Part shown: positions 34,491 through 47,424 of the stretch, piece by piece | How the letters are laid out: each line of letters starts with the position of its first letter | Numbering within the stretch: position 1 is the stretch's first letter | DNA from: Phoronis australis | Lineage: Eukaryota > Animalia > Phoronida | Reading direction: 5' to 3' | Assembly: GCA_002633005.1 (NCBI GenBank) | Contig: NMRA01000824.1 | Location: forward strand, 1 to 47,678 | DNA: 47,678 nt | Program-made: the position numbers and the translations under genes | Notes under the pieces: model-generated | Told to the model about the DNA's origin: nothing | Database searches by the model: none | The model's input: only the letters and a program-made list of their open reading frames with translations

Positions 34491-35901
34491 CTCAAAAATA
34501 GATCAGTCTCATTAAACAACCACAACCATCTCCTGTGAGTAAATCACAGATTAGTCGTTGGCTAAACAGAGCAATATGCAGCTTTAACTAAGAAAGTGCA
34601 GCAACAGTTCAATGCAAAGGGGATACCATGCCTTCTTGACCGATCCAGAGGTAACACCACCCAAAAGCAAGTCTTGTCATGCGCAAATGGTCAAAAACCA
34701 ATAGGGCCATCACAGATTACACAGCGACACTCTAATCTTGATGTATTTACCCGCACTGCTGCAAACATCCATCAGGCACATTTGCTGTCTTGTTTTCGTG
34801 CTATTGGATTTTCTTATTTGTTGTCTGATTCTTTAGTTAGTTCTAGTTATTTTGGTTGCATTACTCCATTCGTCCTTCCAACGCTAACAAAGTATACCCA
34901 ACTTCTGTGTTGTGGGCTGCAACTCCGAAGTGAGAAAGTTTGATAAACTGGACAAATACCATTGGATGTGTGATATGAAACTCTTTGCCTTCCCCACATC
35001 AATGTGCCACGCGAAAATGTGCCCGATTTCCAAAATGAGGTCACGCACTTTTTTATCTCCGGGACAAAAGCGAGTTCTATCACCGTGTAATCCGGGGCGA
35101 CCCTGTTCAGTTCATCCACCCTTCACTAACAAAGCTGGCAGAAGGAGTCTGTTTTAAATAGTAAAAAGCTAACCTTTGTCACCAAACAAATTATTTAAAG
35201 GAGAACACAACAAATCTGGAAGAAAGATAAACCAAAAGTGGCATTTTGTTTCCACTGGCAACATTTAACCCATCAGCTTTAAATCATGTTTGCTTTAAAA
35301 CCTATTAGGAAATTGGACCTAATCAGAACCAGACTCCTTAATCACATGCCTGCAGTTTTGGTTGCAGAGTTAGAAATTTGCTCTACAACTGAAATGTTTC
35401 TGGTCTTGTTCTAGCACTACCATGTCAAGACACAAAGAACAGATCTTAAGCAAAGAAAGTACAGTAGTTCAAATAATCTGAAGTAGCTTACCAAGAAATG
35501 TGAGAATAACCCAGCCCTTAGTAATGTAGTTCTCCACTTCTTTTGCACAAAAACGTTTTATGACATCTACTCAATATGAATCATACCAGTAATAAAAAGG
35601 CAAAAAAATTCTTGATTTTCATTCTGGTGAAGAAATTGGACAAAGTAAAATTACACTTGTCAGCCTTGTTCAGTGTTCTCCATAACTTTTCGACTTGTCA
35701 CTGCGTTGAGTTTGAATTTTGTCAGATGAGTTAGGTTTACAGCAAAGTTTGAAAACCAATGCAACAAGTTTGAAGTAAAAGATTAGTAACTTTTTAATGA
35801 CATTTTGGACTCTTGGTACCAGTTCAAAGCATTTATTCCCAAGACAACTCACAAACGAGTTTGAATTTCTGTTGTGTAGAACACTGATGTGTGTTAAATA
35901 A

Positions 35902-36337
35902 AGCCCCTTTTACACAAGAGAGAGTTGCCCCGTGTCAGTTGTCACAGCACGACTTGTTCCACTTTAGTAAAATTTACACAAAATTGGATCGCAAACTAGG
36001 TCAGCATGAGTCACTTGCATGAAGACTGTCTGCGCATGCTCAAGTATTAAAGCGAATGTCCAAACCACGTGGAATGCCAGTGGATCGCCCATATATATAC
36101 TATTGCGCAAGCACATTGAAAGATGATCCCTTTCCGCACTACCCTAGTTGTGTTTAGACAGTAGTTGAAACTGGAGCAACTTATCGAGCACTCGCTCTAC
36201 CTATCAAACTGGTTTCAAAAGAGGCCGCTGTGGTGTCAACTTGCTCGGTGATAGTCGTGTTTACACACACACTTGTACCTGATCAGCTGTTCCATGTTTG
36301 TTGCTCTGTGTCAGCTGTCTTTGGTGTAAATGCAACT
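35902..36337. mobile_element. Harbinger-like MITE family A, copy 2 (opposite orientation)
   Basis: Ends AGCCCCTTTTACAC / GTGTAAATGCAACT with TAA TSD. Shares blocks such as cagcatgagtca, ccacgtggaatg, ctattgcgcaag and gtgtcaacttgctc with the reverse complement of copy 1. Confidence 0.78.
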
Positions 36338-36884
36338 TAAGTGAAGAATTACCATCAATGCAGCCATCAGCAATGTTGCAATAATTACATTAACCAGCCT
36401 GAATGTTCAGGCTAAGAGCTGCTTGTAAAAAAAATCATGCACGTGAAAGGCTAATACCGGTGATTCCTAAATACACTCCCAATCATCATGCACTAGCAAA
36501 ACGGCCGACACTGAAGTGACTGGTCCATGAGGTGAGAATGTCAAATTATGAGTAAAAACTATACGTAAGCACATGATTTTCATTCATGAGCCCAGATTTA
36601 CTGGCCTAAGTGTCTCACGAGCTTTGTGCCCATGTTCAAAGGCAACAGAAACCTGGGCTGCATTAAATATCTTTACCGTAGAATACAAATTTGAAAAGAC
36701 AGAAATTTTACGGAAGCTTGGTGGATTATTCAACAATGGGTAGTAGCCTAAGTCTTCGTCAATAAACATCCGGCAATGACAGTGGCACTGCTACTGCGCA
36801 GTTTCTTTTCACACCTTGTAGCACAGAAAGGTATTTCGGGACAAATCTCACTGCCGAGACCCGATGAAATGAGTGCTTGTTTTG

Positions 36885-37300
36885 AGTCTTATCCACACAC
36901 ATGGACTTATCCTAGGACAACTTGCACGAGTGCGACTTGCCCCACTTTAAGCAGAGCGTCCAAACATATATCCAGTAACTACACAAGACGGAAGTTGCCA
37001 CTCTGCGCATGTGCACCTTCCTAAAATACAAATGTGAATAAAGCGTGAAAAAAGAAAGACTCATCTGCATGAAAGTGTGCAAGCACAGCCGATAATTATT
37101 TCGACCTTGAGAAAGGTTTGCGGCCACATGGCGATTAGAACTAGTGCAAGTTACCCTAGAACAAGCTACACTACCTTGATAACGTGGAGTAAGTTGTCAC
37201 AATTAGGGTAAGTTGCGCCAGTATGAATAGCGTCCACACAGTCAGCAAACCCAAGCAACAACTTGCTCCAGGACGTATTCTAGGGTGTGTGGATGGCACT
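36885..37300. mobile_element. Harbinger-like MITE family B, copy 2
   Basis: Ends AGTCTTATCCACAC / GTGTGGATGGCACT. Shares aggtttgcggccaca, gtgcaagttaccc and gtaagttgtcacaa with copy 3. Confidence 0.78.
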
Positions 37301-37813
37301 TTTGTTGAACAAATGTTCAATGCCATCTGCCATGTGTTCAAGTAATGTAGACTGAGGTCTGTAGCACTAGGATTTTACAGCTTTTTTTTTTAGTTACAGC
37401 CACCATACTGTAGTTGTGTGGTGGGAAAATCAAGTGGTTAAAAGCCAGTTGATTAAAGAATTCACTCCTTAATCAACAAGACCTATCGCTTCCAATGCCA
37501 ACAAAGATTAGAGTCACTCACACCTTCGTCTTGTCAACAGACTACAAAGAATTCTATGTCTGTTTATTGGTCATAGAAGTTATTTTAGTTACTCAAAACA
37601 TAATGTTTTTTCACTGAAACTTTGTATATCACTCTTCAGGATCAGTAACACGATAATTTACAAATGACTCATCTTGAGACATAACTTTTTGCAAGAATAA
37701 CCTCATAACTGCCGAGCATTGCCTTCCATGAGCGCCCTCAACAAATTCATTCCTTTTCAGGAAGAGGCACAAGACAATTAATGTACGCTCATCTAGCCAG
37801 TGACTGAGACCAG

Positions 37814-37976
37814 TACCTTACTGAGGCCTCAAATAGTGAAAGTTCATACCTTCTGTATGTGTAAAACTACCTTACTGAGGCCTCAAATAGTGAAAGTTCA
37901 TACCTTCTGTATGTGTAAAACTACCTTACTGAGGCCTCAAATAGTGAAAGTTCATACCTTCTGTATGTGTAAAACT
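37814..37976. repeat. Perfect tandem repeat, 3 x 54 bp
   Basis: TACCTTACTGAGGCCTCAAATAGTGAAAGTTCATACCTTCTGTATGTGTAAAAC at 37814, 37868 and 37922; explains spurious ORF 37800..38051. Confidence 0.96.
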
Positions 37977-40900
37977 GCCAGCCATATCCTGAAGCAATCT
38001 AACATTTCTTTCCACATTCAGGATGTACAGTGTACATGTCATACTGGTTAGGAGCTATTTCCTTTTTCTATGGCCACAAAATGTTCTTTTAAAAATGCTT
38101 CTGAATTCCAACAAGATCACTGAAATTTCCTGGAACATCTAGGAAACTGAACTAATCAATGAAGAATTGAATTGGGAGTGGAAACATTTACTTTTTTCAA
38201 AAAGTAAAAGTGGGAACATTTACTTTTTCAATGCCTTGAAGTAGTAACATTCTTTATTTTATTTTACACTAACGTAGTTCCCACATTGATTTTGACTACA
38301 GCCTAATTTCGGCCAAAAACATTGATTACATAATTCTTAGACCCCCAAAGTTTGCAAATGTTCACTTACCCTAATAAAAGTCCAGAGACAGCAGTTTTTG
38401 AACCCTCAAAAATTAACAAAGATCAACCATGATTTCCAGCAATAAAAGTCTTGTGCATTATGTACAGTCACTCTGGCATCAGAAATCCACAGCAACACAC
38501 AGCACAGACCTTGTGCTACTGTGTTCGATCTTGATCAATTGTGAGTTCATGACTGAATGTTTATCTTAAAACTAGATAAAGACAAGACAGTGTTGTCTGA
38601 AGGATACAGAGTTTGACTGTGGCAGCACTGTAAAAGGGTTGCACAACACAGACTCATCTAGCAGGCATAATGGCTGCCATTTGGATGACTAGTTTTAAAA
38701 ATAGACAGCTTGTACGGCAAGGCCAATCAATAAAAAAGACGGCACGTTTTAAGACAATTTCAGTGAAAATGACGACTGAACAAAGAATTTTAACAACTCT
38801 GATTGATAAATTTTATTGAAATCTACAATTCAATGTTTTAGTTCAATAAATACTAAGACATAAATCAAGATACCAGACTATTGCTCTCTATTTTTAATAT
38901 AAAGGTCACACTGACCATCAGCAAATGCTGGCAGCCATGTTTTTTGGGGGGAAGCCTCCTTGTCATGTGACATCTGAGGGTGTCCTTATACAGAATCCCT
39001 ACATGTGACAAATGTCAATCTCGTCAATTTGGACCTCCACTTTTCAAATCCTAGATGAGTCCCCAGAGGCTGCAGCCATACCATTCTGAATATCTGGGAG
39101 CTACTTGACTAGATTTTTGACGGTCAGTCAGAAAATCAGGATACCCAACCATTTAGAGAGTGGATTCGAAAATATGAGAGCTTCCAAGAAAAGACCACTC
39201 ACTAGCCACCCATGGGCTTTTATTCTAAAAACAACCCTTTGTAGCCCAGAGATAACTCTATAATTAAATTTCCCACCTCTTCCATGGGATAACCTCAACT
39301 TTCCTCCCCACCCGTCTGAATATAAACAACTCCTAAGTGATGGTTGTACATATTCATTTGGTCCTCCTTGACTGAAATTTTGAAACATGACATGGTAAAA
39401 CTTAGCCTCCCTGATTACACAGTAGAAAAAGTAAGTGGAGCTGGTTAAAAGAGACAAAATTCTGGGAAAGGTTTTCTCAAGTTCAACTGAAAACCCATGA
39501 TGCAGCTTATAGTGTTGTGATAATGGTCACGTTATTATTAGAGATGCACCTATAACAACAGACCGAGCTAATTATCAAATAACAAAAATATGCTGCCCTG
39601 AACAACTAGTTCTCTCCATCTGAAATGATGATTTCATACGACCCCCAATTGGCTTCATCCAGGATTTCAAAAATATGGCATACAAAAATGAGTTTCCAAT
39701 TTAATACCAGGGTGTCCACTACCAATTAGGAGTGACTGTGTTCTCATGACCCCCCCCCCAACAAAAATGTTTGCGTTTTCGCCAGTGTAACAGCTAGGGC
39801 TTTCGCCATTTACCTGACCCAAGTATTACATCATATCCTAACTAACTTGTTTATTCCCGACAGGCCAACAAGCACTCTGGCTGCTGATGGGAAGTTGAAA
39901 GTGACACCAATCTTTACTTGGCATCCATATACTGAACAAAGAGTTCAAATGTCGTATAGGATGTCCATGTTAGAGTGTCTAAATTTGAATCAGGGCGTCC
40001 ATTTGGATGCCTTGGAAGACCGCTACATGAAGGCCTGAGAACCCCAAAGAAAGAGAAAACTTTAACCACAGTTTCTCAATTTGATGGTTACGATAATAGG
40101 AAATCAAGGCACCCAAAGCATTTGCTCAGAAAAGAGCCCAGTGATATATTACAAGGCAATCGGATGTAAATCTGATGCAGACTACAGTAAAATCTGACCA
40201 ATTTAGGATACATTATGGCTGACAAGTGAAATTTTATTTTCTTCAACAATACTAGAAGCCATTGAAAAGCAAAAAAGACCACTTTTGGCAATTATTTTTG
40301 TTCGAAACTGGTGAGATTATACCAAATAGCACTTACTTGGTAGCACCATCGCCACGAAATTTGGCAGATTTTCCATAAGTTGCCTACGGCTCTGCAACCA
40401 GGCACCATTTAGCTGTTAACACTATATATGTACAAGATTGTTTTACGGCATAATAGGCTTCTATTATTGATTCCCACCAATTCAAACATCAGCCAAGTTG
40501 ACATTGAATGGTGTACGCTTGGAAAACGGTTTAGAATGACTGCTTTTATATATCGCATTCCAGCATAAGTGCCTCTAACATGTTTTTTACTGATCCCCAT
40601 TGTCAAAATAAGAAATATTGACCTGAATTGTGTCCTTTCACAGCAGCAGTGCAGACATTTTGACATATGTTGGCACACACTGAATAAGGCCAATTATCAA
40701 ACTGTAATTCAAAAATCATGCAAAAAATGTTGGAGAAAATTGAGTGAGCACGGATAAATTCACAGTGGGAAATCAATTAGATTACTCACTTCTGAGTTAA
40801 AGTTAGATGATGTTACAGACAAGTTCAACAGACGGTCCTGATGCATTTGTTAAAGATGGCAACAACTCACTTGGTAATACAAAAACTAAATTGTAAAAAT

Positions 40901-43900
40901 GGACCTTTTAAAAAAAGTTCACTCTATCTCAAGATTACGGGATAGACTAGACGAACCTCACAATGGCTTTTCATCAACAAAAGAGAACAAAAAATTTTCA
41001 GTATCTGGCCTTATATTCTATTTGTTGCCATTGTTACAAAATGCACCATATGGCAATATAGGTACAACTACTACTAGTAAGAATGCCAATACTACTGGTC
41101 AAGAGGCTAAGTGCAGAAATTTCTAATGACAATGAATGTTATCGACTGTGCAATATTTGATACACTTAATACAATCTTTACCACAATTTACATGACTAAG
41201 TTGGCCATCTCTATCCCATTATCAGACCACTTTATACACTGATATTTGCATATAAAGTGTCAACTAGCCAGAGGCGCACAAGTAATTTACCACCAGTTAA
41301 AACAATTCCCTGTTCACTTGATAAATATGTAGGAGTCCAGAAACTATACTAGCCTGCTTTAACTAATGTCCAACCATTGGTTGTGAATACCCATGAAAAG
41401 TGACTAAATAAGGAAGTAGTCATAAAACTAGGGATTAACTACTACAGCTATACATTGCTTACAATGAGCTTTAAACCCATGTTACATCAAAGAAACACAC
41501 TTTGATTTAGACCACTTCTAACTACACACCCTGTAAGATTGACTCTAGCCAAAATTTAGATGTTCAATAGTTTATGTGAACAGGCTGTCGTGGTCGTTCT
41601 TCGTTACATACATCAAACATCCAATCACGATACCCGTTAGCACGTGACGAACCTCGGCTTCTCTTTCATTGTCATCAGAAACAAAATAAAAATGCTGTTG
41701 GGCATTTCTGACTGTAGCAGCAGACATGCTTCTCATGGCTTTTGACATAGACACACTGTCTTGTCTTACATCTGGTGTCTTGTCTTACATCTGGACATCA
41801 CACTTCTTCATTCTAGGTGTCTTGTTTATTTTTTCTTGAATGTGAACTGTGCAATTGTTACCTAATGTGGAGCCATCCTCTAAATCTAAACAGTTTCTGA
41901 ATGAAGTGTGAACCATGGCAAGTTTTAACCCAGTTGGTTTGGAAGTTTTAACCCAGTTAGTTTGGACCTTGAAAAAATTCAGTGCCCACCTATTTTAGAG
42001 ATTGTTTCTGAAAAACAGCCAGGCTATGCACACATTGCAGGAGGACAAACATCTGGCTGATCTCTGCCACTCAAACCACTGGAGGCATGTTATTATGTAA
42101 TAACCCCACTAATCTATAGATCTCTAGACCATAACAAGCACCACCTGTTCATTAGAAAACATTCAACAAACAATTATTACATAAGCTAGGTTATATTCAA
42201 TTACTATTGGTTTGTCAAGTCAGGAAGCTGTCTCAATACATTCAGTGACAAAAACATACTATGCACTACAGAGACCACTCATTGTTGTGGTTGTATTTGG
42301 TGGGAACAAAGGCTTCAATGGGTAGGGAGCCAGAGATATTGATTAAGATAGATGCCTGTCACCACAAGAGACTTGAACAATTTGATGACTTAGTCATCCC
42401 CATCAACAATCATGCAATCACCCACAATAGACCCCATCAATGAACATATAGTCACCAACTATAGACACCATCACAAAAGTGAAACTAACATACTGCCAAT
42501 CACTTAAACTGTCAAATTCAGATATTAATAAATTCTACAGAAATTCAACAAGATGGTTACAATATAGCACCTAGTCACCCAAAGCTTTGAAATATTCACA
42601 AGTGCATTTCAAAGATGCGGAACCTTCCAGAATCCCAAAAAGGTTTTCCATAGTCTTTCAGTTATATTTCAAACTTGTAATTGTCGACTACACTAAATAA
42701 ACTATTACAGTACATGACAATTAAAACCATTTCATAACTTTTCGAAGACTGGCCTAAGATGATTTGTTTTGTATTGCCTTCCAATATCATTCTTTGTTTA
42801 AATCTTCTGTGAGCACAGTTGCAAAACAGTCATCTCAATTATCTTGAGATATATTGATTGCAGTTATCTGGCATCTTCTCCCCATCACAGTACTACCATG
42901 GACTGAGCAGTTTACAAGTCTGTTAGTTCATGAAATAACCATGACCACAGTAGATACAGTATCCCAAGCCTAATCCTGTCGTGGCATAAACTGGTATTTG
43001 GGATTTGCCATCACTTTTTCTAGGCATTGATTTATTTGCCATTTGAACACATGTAACTCACTGTTCCTAATTCATCCTGTCTATAACATTTCTTTTTCAG
43101 TTAAACTGTCATTGTACAAATGGTCACAGAGTACGGTTTCAGATCAGAGCAAATCAGGCAATATTTCTGCTAACCCTGAATCTAAACCAACCTCCAGAGT
43201 GATTTGATTACACAGAGTGGTGGCAATAATCAGGCATTTCTACCCACTATTGTTTAGTGGAATTAAATAATCTCTGACCAAACCTTTGAGGAATGCATCC
43301 ATTTAGCAATTCCTTGTTTTCACCTTCAAGTTTGTCTCGAAAGTGACAGATCATCCAAAATTTGAAGAGTGTCGTTTTTCCTCTTTTTGGCAGGCCTGTT
43401 TATATGCACATCCCTAATTTGTGCAGTTATGCTTATCATCTTCTTGAAAACTTGCATGCAGTATAATAATTCCAGCTCTCAACTGTTAACTCACGTCAAC
43501 AAAAAAATAAAATAGTCTGCTATTCTCGCATTCTGTTGGGCCTTTTGCATGTGAAGTAGCAGATAATTTACTCAACTCCTGGTATGAAAATCTAAATTGG
43601 GCACGTTCTGAAAAGCACTAACTTGACTTGCGAATATGACATGTTTAAAGGAGCCCCATGCTTGGATTAGCTAGAATTCATACCCAGAAACAATGTTGAG
43701 TTGAGTTAAACAGTGTATACAAGTTGTATTGCCAGCAAGCATAAAATAATGTTTTTCTTATATGAGATTGTCGATTTTCCTTTGTTTATAATGCCCTAAT
43801 AGCTGATGACATATAAGCTAAAAGGGTAGACTCAGCAGTATGAAAATCACCAAGTCGTTGTTTCTGAACTAGCCATAACCCCAGCCCGCAATTTCAAAAC

Positions 43901-45177
43901 TCAGCACGCACGCACGCACACCCCAAGTCACAAAACACTGACATAAAAATGTAATAAAGGCCAATTTCAGCACCCGTACTTTCGCGTTCAACTAAAGAGA
44001 AAAACAATGCCATTAGGGCATTCTTGGATGATGCAATTCACCCTGCAGGAGTTGGAGTGCAATGCAACTACGGAAATGCGAGTTTGCTAAAATCTCAACT
44101 CGCATTTCAAAATTCCAGGTCGCAAATGCGTTATTTTGAGCCCTGAAAGATTATCCACAATACCAAGCTTAAGGTTGCCAATTCTGCCCTAATTTAGGTC
44201 TGTGTTTATTATGCATCAATAAAACATAAGCAGTTCAGTATTAAACTGTAACAACCCTTAGCTAGCCAATCTCAAATCCTAATCAATTGCAAGCAAATTA
44301 TTGGCATGCCAAACTAAGGGTGAAATCAGTGTCCAGATGTTTTCACTTGTGTGACTCAGATTAACAGGAAAGAACACAAAAGTCTTGATGTGTTGACGAA
44401 AGCCCAACATCACATAAACCTTCATGAGAAACTATAATAGTATATGTGATCTCACACTAGCGTTATTTGCAAAATTCATACGTCTATACAGAACACAGCC
44501 TTGGAGAGACATAAACCCTTTATCACTGCTGTCAAAATTACAATTCCAAAGTACCGCAGCTCCTCGATTCCACTGCAGCCACAATTGTCCATGCGCCCTG
44601 CACCTTTAGTGCTATTGTTCACTGCCCCCCCTCGCTGAAACTAACTACAACCACACACAAACGATTATTTTATATTGAAAACTTAAAACACTCTTCCTTA
44701 TCATCTATATCCGTGGCAAGATGGTGTACGTACAGATATTCGTGTTGTTTTTCACTTGGTTTTACATCCCTACTTATAAAAAAATGTAAGCAACCAATAA
44801 TAGATCACTGATCTACAGGACTTGTCAAACCGTTAGATCTCCTCGACTATGTGAAAAGTGCAGGGGATGCACTTTCACACACTGCATTAGAAACATCATC
44901 CTCCATACACTTTCAACTCCAGAGGAAAGCAGTTTTCAAGATCAGATGATAACCTAGTCTACTGTGAAGCTTTCTCATGATCTGTTGCTAGAGATCACAA
45001 GTCATAAACCAATAACTACATTCTTTGTTCAACAAAACAGAAAAGATGACATCGTTTTGGCTAATATTTACCGCATTTCTTCCCAAGAACATTTCTCATC
45101 TAAGTTTTCATGGGGCATTCAGTTCCAGTAGTCAAACAGATCCAAAAATGACCAGTTTTAAGTCCATGGTAGTTTAA

Positions 45178-45567
45178 AGTCCCGGTCCACACGCAGCCAA
45201 TCCTGGAAAACTTGCACTACTGCAACTTAACCTACTTTTAAGTGGAGCCTCAAAACACATATCCGAAAACTAGCGCAAGACGGACGTTGTCGCTTTGTGC
45301 ACAATGAACAGCTGATGCGAATACGGGGCACAAAAGAAAACCTGTCTGTGTGCAACCACAGCTGACAATTACTTCTGACTTGCTCCAGGTTTGCGGCCAC
45401 ACAGGAATTAGAAGTGGTGCAAGTTACCCCCAGAACAAGTTATCCCACCTTGATAAAGTGGGGTAAGTTGTCACAAGTTTAATTGGCATCCACACAGCCT
45501 GTAAACCTAGCAACAACTCGTTTTAGGAGTAACTTGTTCTAGGATAAGTCTGTATGTAGACGGCACT
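45178..45567. mobile_element. Harbinger-like MITE family B, copy 3
   Basis: Ends AGTCCCGGTCCACAC / ATGTAGACGGCACT with TAA TSD on both sides. Confidence 0.8.
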
Positions 45568-46995
45568 TAATTTATTTCTGAAGTCATTGTTATTGTGGTA
45601 ATTGCCCTGTTCAACACAAAAGAAACCTCTGCAAAATGCAATTTCAAAACAGTATAGGTTCGTGAGCACATTCCAGTTGTTTGGGCTGGTACACTGGTAT
45701 GTCCATGGGCGGCGCATCATAGGGGGCTGGGGGAGGGGGCTACAGTGAATATCATTATGGCACAGGTATATTGAAAGTCAGCTATTGACATCACGCAAGT
45801 TAGGTAACAACAAGTGAGAGACTGGGCGAAGCGCGTGACACTTGAAAAAAAGTACCGTGAGAAGGGGAAAACATCCGGTGGAATTTGTACTTAAATATGT
45901 GTCCCTTGGACTTTTGTTCATCAACAGGCACGATTTCGTGTAACTTCCTCAAAATGGAACCCTGTGAGGGAAATTCCAGTGAACTGCGGCAGAATGTCAA
46001 GGATATGTTTGTCTCCAGGGTCATGGTATGTATTATTTAAAACTCATTGTGTATGTATGCATGTTTCACTCCATGTTATTCACTGTATATTGGTAAATTT
46101 TTACGGACCGAGGTAAAATATCCCCTATTTACGCCTTCAGTGGCATACACAGTGATGGAATTGCCTTTAAAGGAGAATGCCATCCAAACAACAACCTATT
46201 TTGTACCAATTTCGAAAGAGTAGTTCCACTCGACACCAGCAAGTACAGTTCTTTTACCTGACACCTGGGAGCAGACAAGGTGTTGAAATTAACCAATGAC
46301 ATCACAGGTTCGAACACAGTCTGCTCAGCAGTTCACAACAGGCACACTGTTATCAGCTTATCGCTTGAATTCATTGTTTTACACCAATAAATCATCAAAA
46401 TTCAATGTAAAACCCTTAAAAATACATCCGAGTTCTTGAAAAAATGTATTGTTTAATTTCGCTGTTATGGATTTATAGGTATTTGAACGTACCATAGCCT
46501 ACTAAGTTTGGTAGGCCAATTTACCAACTGAGGTCAGTCGCGCGAGTTTGGGGTCTGTTCGGTGATTAATTCGAATTATTCTTCCGAGAAATACAGACAG
46601 GAGAATAAAGCAGTGTGTTGTAACTTTAGACTTGCGATATTTTTCAGTTCTAAACACACGAAACGCTTGTTATCCCGGCCAGTGGCTCGGAACCTTATCA
46701 GGCCCGTCGCGGCCAAACTGAAGACATCAGGCACACAAACCAGCCAAAGTTGGAAACTAAACTTTCAGTTACGAGAAAGACTATAATAGTGAGCCAGAGA
46801 AATAATGTGCACGTGATTATTTTGGTGAATTAACCGCGAAACTGCAAATCTACTTACTAGGTCGTCGGGGGCCGCGAAGTCAGGTTCCCCTTCCACGGAA
46901 CCATCAGGGCAAAAGTTATACAGTAACAATGATTCGAATATTGTATATGTATATCTAAATAACGATTCCTCAAACATCTGACCATAGGAAACAAC

Positions 46996-47375
46996 ATGGC
47001 ATCTCGCAATCCCAACTTAGATGAGTGCTCATCTGACGAAGACTTCACAAGTCGATCATTAGGTTTCACAGGCTATCAGTTTGAACCAGAACACACTTAT
47101 CAAGAAATACCAGAGAGGTGCCGTGAACGTGCACAGACAACAAAACATATGGATAGTTCCGAAAAACCGTTTGAATGACTTGTCATGGTGTCAGTGTGCT
47201 AATTGAACAATACTGGGAACGACTGACGCTTGCGTTTGCAATTGAAACGCCTTCTTCACCATCCTGATTTTGCACCGCATCTAATCAGAGGTGTGCTTAC
47301 GGCATTTTTAAGGCTGGGAAAAAGAACTGGTGAAAACATCCTACCCCCGGATGACCAAACAAGCCTGACGAACGA
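46996..47375 (+). pseudogene. KolX / P2X7 C-terminal ballast-like Cys-rich protein, disabled
   Basis: MASRNPNLDECSSDEDF...GYQFEPE, then after a frameshift NRLNDLSWCQCAN*TILGTTDACVCN*, then LLHHPDFAPHLIRGVL. This follows the recalled YxFEP...WCxCxxC...CxCC...HPxF order of the family, with stops and frameshifts. Confidence 0.65.
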
Positions 47376-47424
47376 TTTAGTCATTAAACAGGTTATATAA
47401 AACGTTATGTTATTATGCCTTCAA

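Noticed and set aside
37800-38051. Repetitive 83-aa ORF; also considered this and the 52-bp array as CRISPR-like
   Set aside because: The ORF arises from the 54-bp tandem repeat. Neither array has unique spacers, the context is eukaryotic and there are no cas genes.
39783-40423. hAT-like inverted ends (CAGTGTAACAGCTAG / TAGCTGTTAACACTA)
   Set aside because: No 8-bp TSD and a heterogeneous interior; probably fragments.
41572-41754. Coding-looking minus ORF (MRSMSAATVRNAQQHFYF...) as a distal alternative first exon
   Set aside because: Only weak donors and no homology; cannot be supported without transcripts.
41757-41966. Short direct duplications (19 bp x2 and 23 bp x2; similar one near 38177-38231)
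   Set aside because: Ordinary slippage duplications with no sign of function.
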